Below, in pieces: positions 24,273-35,629 of a DNA stretch of 64,000 bases. The translations under genes were made by a program, and so were the position numbers. The stretch is from Eledone cirrhosa (Eukaryota), in the NCBI GenBank assembly GCA_964016885.1, contig OZ024741.1, positions 214,954,001 through 215,018,000 of the forward strand. Direction: 5' to 3'. Below the pieces are notes generated by a model, which ran no database searches, had not been told where the DNA came from, and saw only the letters and a program-made list of their open reading frames with translations. Position 1 is the first letter of the stretch, and the number at the start of each line of letters is the position of its first letter.

Positions 24273-27200
24273 ATGGCTAGTTTACAAGTTGGAAGCGTGA
24301 ATGTGCGTGGCCTAGGGATGCCCTGGAAACAGGGCCAACTTTTAAACGACCTTAGGTCACACGGTATGGATGTGATAGCCATCACCGAGTCCAGGATCCT
24401 CAACAGGCAGCAACTAATCCCCATATTCGACGACTTTGAGATCTACACATCTCTCTGTCAGCCAGGAGGTGGAGGGGGGTGGCTGTCATGTTTCGGAAGT
24501 ACCTGGACGTCGAAGTACAGCAAGTACACTTGGACCCGGAGGGTAGAATGGTAGTCCTAGACGTGAACAGTATTGGAGGTGGAGCCTTCAGACTGGTAGC
24601 CGTTTATGCCCCGATCGGGCAATCGCAATCACGGTCAGACTGCTTTAAGCGTCTAGAGTCTTTTCTGGGAACATCTCGCTCCTTACTTTTAGAGGGGGTC
24701 TGGAATGGTATCCTAGATGCACGATGGGACTATGTGGGAGCATGTCCCAGTAGGGGGGATGGGGTGCAACAGCCTCAAAACTTTAATCGGCCAATTCCAA
24801 CTGGCCGATAGGTATCGACTAGATTTCCCGACTGCACCACAGTGGACGTGGGCAAACTGCAGCAGGACATCTAGATCGTATTTAGATAGGTTCTTCATTA
24901 GAGAAAGGGACAAGGAGATGTTAAGCTGTCCACGAATGCACATGGTTTCCTACTCATATTACAAATTAGTCGTCTGCTTAGTCAACCGTGATAGAATACA
25001 TAGACAGGGAGCCGGATACTGGAAGCTGAACGTGTCGTTGTCGGCACGTAAAGCTTACAGTGAACGGATAAGTAGACTACTCAAGCAACAGTTAACGGGA
25101 GGCATCGTCAACAATAGATGGTGGTACTCTCTCAAGAAAGCAATTAGAGTAGAATCGATAGAGTTTAGCAGAGAGTTAACCTTAGAGAAAAACAAAATAG
25201 AAAGATAACTACTGGCCAAGGTCGAGGAGGCACTTAGAAGTGGCAACGCGGCTAGAGTGTTAGCGTCGAGAACGGCACTAGACCAGTTCTTCGACGCGAA
25301 ACACGAAGGCTGCGTGGTCAGAAGCAAAACACGCGCTCTAGGAAACGAAGAAGCGAAAGCTGTCAGCTGGACCCGAGTGGCGGAGGCAAAAGGTGGCAAC
25401 AAGTCCACGATTCGGTCTTTGAAAGACCAAAACGGACGCGTGCTACTTGACACCAAGCAAATGTGCGCAGCCTTTCAGCAGCACTTTGCACGACTGTTTG
25501 AGCAGAACGACGGTGAGCCGAATGGGGTAATGGACTTTAGTTACTACCTCGACGGCCTGCCGCGTCTCTCGAACAGGAAAGACGAGAACAAAGGGGACGA
25601 AATTAACAACTTCAGGCCCATAACTCTGCTCAACACAGAGTTAAAGATTTTGGCCAAGGTGCTAGCGACGAGGTTGGCGCTTTTCGTCGAGAACCTGGTA
25701 GAGAAAGCGCAAACGTGTGCAATCCCGACCAGGTCCATACATGACAACCTCCCCCTCATGCGATACATCATAGAGAGGGTGGGTAGTAAACCCGGATTTG
25801 GTGGGGCTCTGATCAATTTGGATCAGTCTAAGCCATTCGATAGGGTCGACCATCGATACTTGGAAGCGGTTTTCAAGGTGGCCGGTTTCGGTTTCGTTTT
25901 CAGAGGCTGGATCGAGGCGATGCACACCAGCATCTGCTCGAGGGTCAAGGTGAACGGCTACCTATCGGACCCGTTCGCAATCACGCGTTCCATTCGACAG
26001 GGGTGCCATCTCTCCTCCATTCTGTATGTATTGACTCTAGAGCCACTACTGCGGATATTGGAGCTGTTGCAGGGCATCCCTCTAGAACCGGGACTGCGCA
26101 AAGTGGCGTCGGCTTATGCCGACGACGTAACGGTAATGGTGTCGAGCAGCTCGGAAATCGGGGTGATCGGCAACTTACTTAAAGAATACGAAACGCTGAC
26201 CGGAGCAAAACTAAACCCGGACAAGTCTGTCGGATTGCAACTCGGTACGTGGAGAGGCAAACCGATGACATCCGACAGCGTCGTTGGACGCTGGACGGGC
26301 GGACCGGTGAAATTGCTCGGGATCTGGTTCGGTCCAGACCTCCAGGTGGAGAAAAACTGGAACGAGGTCACGGCCAAGGTGTTTGCGCTCACTCAGAAGT
26401 GGGCAGAGTGCAAACTGTCCTTGAAAGGTCGAGCGGAGGTGGCGAACACTTTCATAGCGTCCGTCATCTACTACCGCTTGACTGTCGTGCCTTGTGCCCG
26501 TGAACACCTCGCCAAGATGGAACGCATGCTCTTCCAGTTTCTGTGGAAGAAGCAGGCTCCGCTGGTCAAGAGATCCGTCTGCTGTCAGCACCCTTCAAAC
26601 GGAGGGCTTGGAATGCCGTGGCTGATGATGCACAAACATGCGCTGAGGCTACGGCATCTCCTGGTATTCTCACAGTCTCCCACCGGTGTGGGCACCGTCT
26701 GTGAGACAGGCTTTCCCACAGCTCGTCTCGCTGACGGAGCTGCAGTCCTGGGTCAAGAAAAGACCGAAAACGATGAGCGCCTGGCACATTGAATGCGCTC
26801 AGGCGCTCACAGTCCTCTGTCAAGCGGGCACGGCAATCAGTGGAGAATCCACTTCGACATTCTATAGAGGCATTGTACGTTACAAGGGCGACGACGTGCT
26901 CGGAGAGACTCTGGGCGTCGAAGACGATGAGCTCACCAGTATGTTTGGTAGGACTTTCCGCCCGGGACCTATGGACAACTTCCGAGGTCCCTGGCCTGGC
27001 AGTGCTACCGGGGAGCTCTACCTGTTCGTGACAAGATCTACAGGCACGGACGCCCCGGCAGAGATCCTTCCAAGAGGACGTGTCCAAGATGCGCGCAGGA
27101 CATTGAAACAGTCCTGCACGCAATTGTACACTGCCCGGGCGTAACCGACCTGTGGAACTATGCAGAACAACTGCTGTCGCATATGGGACAAATCCTGTTG

Positions 27201-27499
27201 ACTGCCGAGTCCATAGTAAGGATTTAACCGCCAGCCTCTTTCAAAAACGAAAGAGAGGCGGTTTTCCTCTCTACAGTGGCTATGGTGAAATAAGTTATAT
27301 GGTGGACGAGGTTGAGAGGACTAAGGACAGATGCCTTTCTCTCCGGACAACAATTGATTCCCTTCTTTAAGTATCACTTTAGAAGGAGAATCAGGGTGGA
27401 GAGAGAGAGGCACTGCACCCCAATAAATTTACTGAAAGGTGGGTGGATGAAGCGAAAATGGCCCGAGTGATTGGGACTTCTCTGTTTATAAACCTGTAG
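24273..27499 (+). pseudogene. Tx1 ORF2 (APE-RT-zinc finger), frameshifts and an internal deletion
   Basis: MASLQVGSVNVRG, SYLDRF, NFRPITLLN, LDQSKPFDRV, RQGC, AYADD. Confidence 0.92.
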
Positions 27500-28058
27500 G
27501 TTGAGGAAGAGAGCAAAAGGAAGAAAAAAGCACTTGCACAACAGGCTCCTGAAGTTAAGGGTTGTTCTATCGACGGGGTATTAAACAACCCCTTTGTGGC
27601 GCTTCTCCCCCATTGGGGATTTCGATTGTTGAAATTGTTTGTTTTATATTTTTTACGCGACTATGTAAAATCCCCGACATGTCTTTGTATTGTCCCCTTT
27701 TCTTGTGCGCCCTTGTGGCAAATAAAGAAATATATTCTATCTCTCTCTCTATATATATATAATATATATATATTTCTCTCTCTCACCCTCTCTATCTATC
27801 TATATCTGCACTCAAACCCCTCCCCCTCTCTCAACAGAAGCCCTACCCAACAACCCTCAGTCTGAAACGCACCTTTAATTGCTGTAATTATTTAAACGCC
27901 ACCGGCACTTCCCCTCCTCTTCCCCTCTCTCTAACCCCTCTCTTTCTCCCTTACCACCTCTCTCTCTCTCGCCTCCCCTCTCTGTCCCACACCTTTAAGC
28001 CCCCCTCCTTGTAATGAAGCTATAAAGTTTTCAATCAAACCAACTAATTGGCATTCCA

Positions 28059-28133
28059 AAACAACAATTACTACTATTACTACCACCTCTACTATTACTA
28101 CTACTACTACTACCACCACTACTACTACTACCA

Positions 28134-28176
<43 letters not shown>

Positions 28177-28190
28177 TACTACTACTACCA

Positions 28191-28236
<46 letters not shown>

Positions 28237-28250
28237 TACTACTACTACCA

Positions 28251-28299
<49 letters not shown>

Positions 28300-28313
28300 T
28301 ACTACTACTACCA

Positions 28314-28362
<49 letters not shown>

Positions 28363-28436
28363 TACTACTACTACCACTACCACTACTACTACTACTATTA
28401 CTACTACTACTACTACCACCACTACTACTACTACCA

Positions 28437-28475
<39 letters not shown>

Positions 28476-28520
28476 ATACTACCACCACTACTACAACTCC
28501 CACTACTACTACTACTACTT

Positions 28521-28560
<40 letters not shown>

Positions 28561-28592
28561 CACTACTACCACTACTACTACAACTACCACCG

Positions 28593-28635
<43 letters not shown>

Positions 28636-28709
28636 AACTACCACCACTACTACTACTACCACTACTACTACTACAACTACCATGACTACTACTACTACCA
28701 CCACTACTA

Positions 28710-28749
<40 letters not shown>

Positions 28750-28849
28750 TACTACTACTACCACTACTACTACAACTACCACCACTACTACTACTACCAC
28801 TACCACCACTACTACTACTACCACCACTACTACTACTACCACTACTACA

Positions 28850-28893
<44 letters not shown>

Positions 28894-28898
28894 CACTA

Positions 28899-28956
<58 letters not shown>
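28059..28956. repeat. (CTA/CCA)n trinucleotide array with higher-order periodicity
   Basis: Direct reading; followed by CT-rich (28996-29430), (TG)n (29460-29810) and (CAA)n (29870-30015) tracts. Confidence 0.97.
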
Positions 28957-29971
28957 AGTACATTAGAAACGATACCTTCTCACCTGACCTTTTAAAAACA
29001 TCGCACCTCTCTCCCCTTATCTCCATCCTCCTTCTCTCTCTCTCTCCCTCACTATCCCTCCCCCTTCCTCCACTATCTCTCTCCTTCTCTCTCTCCATCT
29101 CTTTCTCTTCCTCTCTCTCACTGTCCCTCTCTCTCCCTCCCTCTCTCACTACCTCCCTCTCTCCTTCTCTCTCTCTCCATCCTCCTTCTCTCTCTCTCCA
29201 TCCTCCTTCTCTCTCTCTCTATCCCTCCCCATCCCTCCCCTCTCTCTCTCCTCTCTCTCTCCTCTATCTCTCCCTCTCTTTCTCTTCCTCTCTCTCACTG
29301 TCTCTCTCTCTCTCCGTCTCTCCCTTCCTCTCTCTCTCTTCCTTCCTCTCCCCCTATCTCTCTCTGCCCTCCCCTCTCTCTTCCTCTCTCCCCCTCTCTC
29401 TCCCTTTCTTTCTATCTTATCTTCTTTCTTTGAATCAGTCTGCATTTCTATGTAAGTTTACGTGTGTAAATGTTTGTGTATGCGTTTTTATGTTTTTTGT
29501 GTGAGTGTGTATGAGTGTGTGTGTGTTTATGTTTGAGTATGTGTGCGTTTGTTTGTGTGTGTGAGAGAGAGTGTGTGTATGTATGTGTGTGTATGTGTTC
29601 GTATCTGTGTGTATGTGTGTGTATGTGTGTGTGTTTGTGCCTGTTTGTGTGTTTGTGTGCGTTTGTGATTGTGTACGTTTGTTTGTGTGCGTTTCTTTGT
29701 GTGTGTGTGTATGTGTATGTATGTGTGCATATGTGTGTGTGTGTGCGTTTGTTTGTGAGTTTGTTTGTGTGTATGTGTGTGTGTATATATAAATATGTGT
29801 GTGTGTGTGTTTGAAGTTAAAGATCGCTTATTGAAATGTTCTAGATTTAATTTCAGAGTAGTAAAATACAAACAAACACCAAAACAACAACAACAACACC
29901 AACAGCAACAACAACAACTAAACAACAACAACAACAACAACAGCAGCAGCAACAGCAACAACAACAACAAC

Positions 29972-30011
<40 letters not shown>

Positions 30012-30199
30012 AAACAAAAACATAAAAAGAAAGAGAAAACAATTTCTTGTTTCTGAAAATTTGTAATTAAGGTGACATTAAGGTAACATCAACAGGAATG
30101 ACAGACGGAGAAATATATAAAGAAAAAGAATGAAGGGGAAAAAGAAGGAAAGAACGTGTGTTAAGATAACAGACAAACAAGGTTAGTGTCTGGTAATAG

Positions 30200-31005
30200 G
30201 TGATGGATCTCCGTCGGTGGAAGGTGACTGTTACTACAGCTTGTAGCTCTGGTTATGGATCTCCGTCAGTGGAGACGGTGACTGTTACTACAGCTTGTAG
30301 CTCTGGTTATGGATCTCCGTCGGTGGAAGGGTGACTGTTACTACAGCTTGTAGCTCTGATGATGGATCTCCGTCGGTGGAGACGGTGACTGTTACTACAG
30401 CTTGTAGCTCTGGTTATGGATCTCCGTCAATTGAGACGGCGACTGATACTACAGCTTGTAGCTCTGATGATGGATATCCGTCGGTGGAGACGGTGACTGT
30501 TACTACAGCTTGTAGCTCTGATGATGGATATCCGTCGGTGGAGGGGTGACTGTTACTACAGCTTGTAGCTCTGATGATGGATATCCGTCGGTGGAGGGAT
30601 GACTGTTACTACAGCTTGTAGCTCTGATGATGGATATCCGTCGGTGGAGGGGTGACTGTTACTACAGCTTGTAGCTCTGATGATGGATATCCGTCGGTGG
30701 AGGGGTGACTGTTACTACAGCTTGTAGCTCTGATGATGGATATCCGTCGGTGGAGACGGTGACTGATACTACAGCTTGTAGCTCTGGTTATGGATCTCCG
30801 TCAATTGAGACGGCGACTGTTACTACAGCTTGTAGCTCTGATGATGGATCTCCGTCGGTGGAGACGGTGACTGTTACTACAGCTTGTAGCTCTGATGATG
30901 GATATCCGTCGGTGGAGGGATGACTGTTACTACAGCTTGTAGCTCTGATGATGGATCTCCGTCTGTGGAGACGGTGACTGATACTACAGCTTGTAGCTCT
31001 GATGA
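30200..31005. repeat. Minisatellite, 53-54 bp unit, ~15 copies
   Basis: Unit gtgactgttactacagcttgtagctctgatgatggatatccgtcggtggaggg (or ...gagacg). Confidence 0.95.
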
Positions 31006-31059
31006 TATATATATAAAGTTATAAGAAACGAAAAGAGCTGTGTGGTTACTGTAAACAAA

Positions 31060-31107
<48 letters not shown>

Positions 31108-31206
31108 TCTTTTTACAGTAACCACACAGCTCGTTTATCCAAGGATAACTTGAACTGTTAAGGTATATTCTCCTTGGTTATATCAAAATTTATAAAACAC
31201 ACTTCG

Positions 31207-31267
31207 TATTTTATCTGATGATAGCGTACCAAAGTTTTGGTACCCTTGAAATATATATAATAGAATA
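31207..31267 (+). ncRNA. Minimal type I hammerhead ribozyme
   Basis: tattttat-CTGATGA-tagcgtaccaaagttttggtaccctt-GAAA-T ATAT A-TA-atagaata; same family as 2864-2924. Confidence 0.75.
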
Positions 31268-31311
31268 AATATGGTTTTATAAATATAGTTTCCATTTATT
31301 TAATATCATTG

Positions 31312-31435
<124 letters not shown>

Positions 31436-31444
31436 CTCACACAT

Positions 31445-31505
<61 letters not shown>

Positions 31506-31560
31506 ATATGTTATTATTCAAAATATTAATAAATGAAGACATTCACATAATCAAAATATA

Positions 31561-31627
31561 TGTTTTATTATATATATTTCGAAGGTACTGTGCTGTTTTT
31601 TTCAGTACGCCCTCGTCAGATAAAATA
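31561..31627 (-). ncRNA. Minimal type I hammerhead ribozyme
   Basis: tattttat-CTGACGA-gggcgtactg aaaaaaacagca cagtaccttc-GAAA-T ATAT A-TA-ataaaaca. Confidence 0.75.
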
Positions 31628-31733
31628 CATGAATTGTTGTATGACATACCTCAACTGTCTTGATGGCTAAATCCCAATATTGGTAGTCATTGAACCATCA
31701 AGACCGTTGAGTTATGTCATACTTCAATTCATG

Positions 31734-31799
31734 TATTTTATCTGACGAAGACGTACTGAAAAAACACGACACTACCTTCGAAATATATATAATAAAACA
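31734..31799 (+). ncRNA. Minimal type I hammerhead ribozyme
   Basis: tattttat-CTGACGA-agacgtactg...cactaccttc-GAAA-T ATAT A-TA-ataaaaca; stem II more degenerate than in its partner. Confidence 0.65.
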
Positions 31800-31939
31800 T
31801 ATATTTTGATTATGTGAATGTCTTCATTTATTAATATTTTGAATAATATTAATAACTCCAGAAAACTTCTTTGTAAAGTGCTTTCAATCTCTTGTAAAAC
31901 TATATTCATTGAGTAATCAATGAACCATATTAACTTTGG

Positions 31940-32026
<87 letters not shown>

Positions 32027-32064
32027 TATAAGAAACGAAACAAGCTGTGTGGTTACTGTAAACA

Positions 32065-32992
32065 TAGTTTGTTCCATGGAGGTTTTAAAGGATGCAGTGT
32101 CTCGACAGCTAACAACTGATGCAGGTAGTTTGTTCCATGGAGGTTTTAAAGGATGCAGTGTCTCGACAGCTAACAACTGATGCAGGTAGTTTGTTCCATG
32201 GAGGTTTTAAAGGATGCAGTGTCTCGACAACTAACAACTGATGCAGGTAGTTTGTTCCATGGAGATTTTAAAAGATGCAGTGTCTCGACAGCTAATAACT
32301 GATGCAGGTAGTTTGTTCCATGGAGGTTTTAAAGGATGCAGTGTCTCGACAGCTAATAACTGATGCAGGTAGTTTGTTCCATGGAGGTTTTAAAGGATGC
32401 AGTGTCTCGACAGCTAACAACTGATGCAGGTAGTTTGTTCCATGGAGGTTTTAAAGGATGCAGTGTCTCGACAGCTAATAACTGATGCAGGTAGTTTGTT
32501 CCATGGAGGTTTTAAAGGATGCAGTGTCTCGACAGCTAACAACTGATGCAGGTAGTTTGTTCCATGGAGGTTTTAAAGGATGCAGTGTCTCGACAGCTAA
32601 TAACTGATGCAGGTAGTTTGTTCCATGGAGGTTTTAAAGGATGCAGTGTCTCGACAGCTAACAACTGATGCAGGTAGTTTGTTCCATGGAGGTTTTAAAG
32701 GATGCAGTGTCTCGACAGCTAACAACTGATGCAGGTAGTTTGTTCCATGGAGATTTTAAAGGATGCAGTGTTTCGACAGCTAATAACTGATGCAGGTAGT
32801 TTGTTCCATGGAGGTTTTAAAGGATGCAGTGTCTCGACAGCTAATAACTGATGCAGGTAGTTTGTTCCATGGAGGTTTTAAAGGATGCAGTGTCTTGACA
32901 GCTAACAACTGATGCAGGTAGTTTGTTCCATGGAGGTTTTAAAGGATGCAGTGTCTCGACAGCTAACAATTGATGCAGGTAGTTTGTTCCAT
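32065..32992. repeat. Minisatellite, 61-bp unit, ~15 copies, derived from a CR1-like ORF2 C-terminus
   Basis: Unit tagtttgttccatggaggttttaaaggatgcagtgtctcgacagctaacaactgatgcagg; the minus strand encodes WNKLPASVVSCRDTASFKTS. Confidence 0.93.
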
Positions 32993-33120
32993 GCTTCACC
33001 AACACTGAGCGGGAAAAAATGTTTCCGGCAGCTGTGCTGTTTTCTGACTTTGTTGGGATGCCCACGCGTGTTAGACACATGGAAATCAAAAAGGTACAGC
33101 AGATCAGACAAGGTTTTATA
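32930..33120 (-). mobile_element. 3' fragment of a CR1/L2-group LINE
   Basis: NTRGHPNKVRKQHSCRKHFFPLSVGEAWNKLP matches the CR1 ORF2 end pattern TRGH...FF..RV...WN.LP. Confidence 0.75.
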
Positions 33121-33420
33121 CAGTTCATTTCAACACTAACGAATAAGTGAGTGATATATACCTTTATATTGTCGTTTGGCTATCATTGATATGTCTGCCA
33201 ATATTATTTTACCAGATAAAGAGAAATATAAACATTTATTGTTTTATATAAGAAATGAAGATATTAGAAAAGGTGCACTTATATATAACAAATCTAACAA
33301 TATCTCATTTGAAATATCTTTGAATATAGATCTGTTGGATCATGACAGACCTGGTGGAATCAAACCTAGATCTCATTACGGTGAGAGGAAGTCCTTTACC
33401 ACTCGGCTATGTATGTATGC

Positions 33421-33490
<70 letters not shown>

Positions 33491-35629
33491 TCTTTCGGGA
33501 TGGACACACGTGTGAAACTTGCTGGGTAAGTTCTGCTTACATTTCTATAGAAATTCTTGATTGAGAGCCTTCATTTTTATACCAATTTGTAGAGGGACTG
33601 CGAGGTCAAATTTTGATCTGGTCAGTCTCTCAAAATATTCTACGCCTTTAGGCGTAAATATTCTACGCCTTTAGGTTCATGAAAAAAAGTTTTTGAAAAA
33701 CTAACGTTTTAAAAAAAATGGCTGAAGCAACAGCTTCTTCACCAACATCGAAGGGGGAAAAGGGAAGATATGCTTACAGCTTCCTCCTTCCACTGTCTTC
33801 CACTGTCATAGTAGCAGAAGTCTCAGTCAAAGGTCAGACAGGGAAAGGATTTTCTTCACCTGCTGACCAACAACTTGAAGTTGCCATGGCAACAAACCAA
33901 ATCCAAAATTGTGAAACAATGAATAAAAACAACACAACTGGCACCACCAGCAACAACAACAACAATGCTATGAACGAAAACAACACCAACAACAACGAAG
34001 ACAACAACAATAACAACAAAAACAAAAACAACAACTCCAGCACAAACGAAAACAACCAAACACACAAAAAAAAAAAATAACGTTTGCAGAAAGCCTTGCA
34101 AAAGAGACAGATTTTATAGAAATAGATTTGTCAAACCAAGCGCAGCACCTAAAGGACGCTGCGCAACATATAACTTTCGAAGTTAACGACTTTCGAATAA
34201 GTACCCCACCGAAAATTAGGGCCACGACCTTAAGAGAAAGAATTTTCTTCCGGACGATCTGCTCACAAACCAAGAAACCTGTGGCTTTAAGTAATAGTAC
34301 GGTGGAAACCGCGCTAAAGGAGACAATGCCAGACATTGCTTACCTCCAGAGGGCCAAGCAGTACGGGAGCAGCTCGGTGCTCTTTAAAAGCGAGGCCCTC
34401 TCCCAGAAATATTCGGTGGCTCCAATTAGAACGAGCCAACACATCTTCTTCCCAACATACATGGGAAGAAGAACCCATAAAATAAGGATCCCCCAGATCC
34501 CACCGAACACCAACATTTGGTGGATCCTGGGTGGTTTTTTGGAGGAGGGTGAATACAATCTCCTCTGTAAAAAAATCAATCCGACAGAACTGGAACGGAA
34601 TCTCAATGGAACTCGTGGTTCAAATGAAATCGGAGAGGATTGAAAAAATACCGGAAAGGGTGCCGGTGGATGATAACCATGTTGTCCACATCGCAGTGGA
34701 GGGCAAAAGACCACAATGTTTCAAATGTGGAAAAAACACACATTTAAAAGCATTTTGCCCAATGCTGGATGTGGAAAAACAAAAGAAGGCGTTGTTGACA
34801 AGCCAAAAACTACAATAGACACACCCGAAATCAAAAGACACAACCCCCAAACCATCAATATTCACAAACCACAAAAGACACCACACCAAAAATTACCCTG
34901 AAGGACTCTGTCCCAACCTTTCCCCTCTGTCCAACACTCCCACAAACACACACACAAACACTACACCACAACACAACATACCCCTCTCTCCTACCCACAA
35001 TGATAACACCTCAGACACGGAACCCTCTACATCACCAAGTGAGGATGAAGGGGAACCCCCCAAAATCCAAGAAGCAAAAAAGACAGAAAAAATACGGCAA
35101 AATCATGAACTGAAAGCATACACACACCCAACACTGACATAAACATACCGCCACAAACGACAACCACACCAACAACACAACCAGACACTTCACCAACAAA
35201 ACAAACACCCACACCACTACAATCACAAACCCCAACCACAAAAAGAAAACTACAAACAGAAACAGTATACATAAAAAACAAAACACATTACACATACATA
35301 AAAACAAGAAACAAAGAACTGGTGGAAACTGTCCGAAAGGACTCCACATTACAAACGGAAGGGAAAACCTTCCCCACCAACGACCCACCCCCAAACCTCA
35401 AACTTATCAGGGTAACAACCCTACAGTACGAAACTAAAAAAGGAACTTCCCACACGGTGTGAACCCCCACCCTCCCCCTGCCAATAAACTCTTAACCGTG
35501 TCCTGCTAAAAAGATTCCCTCCCTCCCCAAACGCCCCCAATCTGGACAAGGAGATCGAACAACCCGACCTCCAAGAAACGAAAAGGTAACTGTTCCTGCC
35601 TTTTCTCTCCCTAACTTTTCTTGACCAAC

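Larger units (their letters stand above)
22151..27741 (+). mobile_element. Tx1/L1-clade LINE copy 1, full length, degenerate
   Basis: Preceded by (TATC)n at ~21983-22149; ORF1 and ORF2 remnants homologous to 55930-61199; AATAAA at 27721. Confidence 0.92.
31511..31848. repeat. Fold-back (~160-bp arms) with one hammerhead per arm
   Basis: Arms ~31511-31668 and ~31693-31848 are reverse complements. Confidence 0.85.

Noticed and set aside
24227-24280. 54-nt mini-intron that would fuse ORF1 and ORF2 in frame in Tx1 copy 1
   Set aside because: No equivalent in-frame acceptor exists in copies 2 or 3, so the fusion is not conserved.
27931-29149. Poly-V/S/T/Y ORFs (also 44689-45333, poly-E/F at 49857-50288, His/Met-rich at 63037-63585)
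   Set aside because: They are translations of trinucleotide repeats, with no unique coding context.
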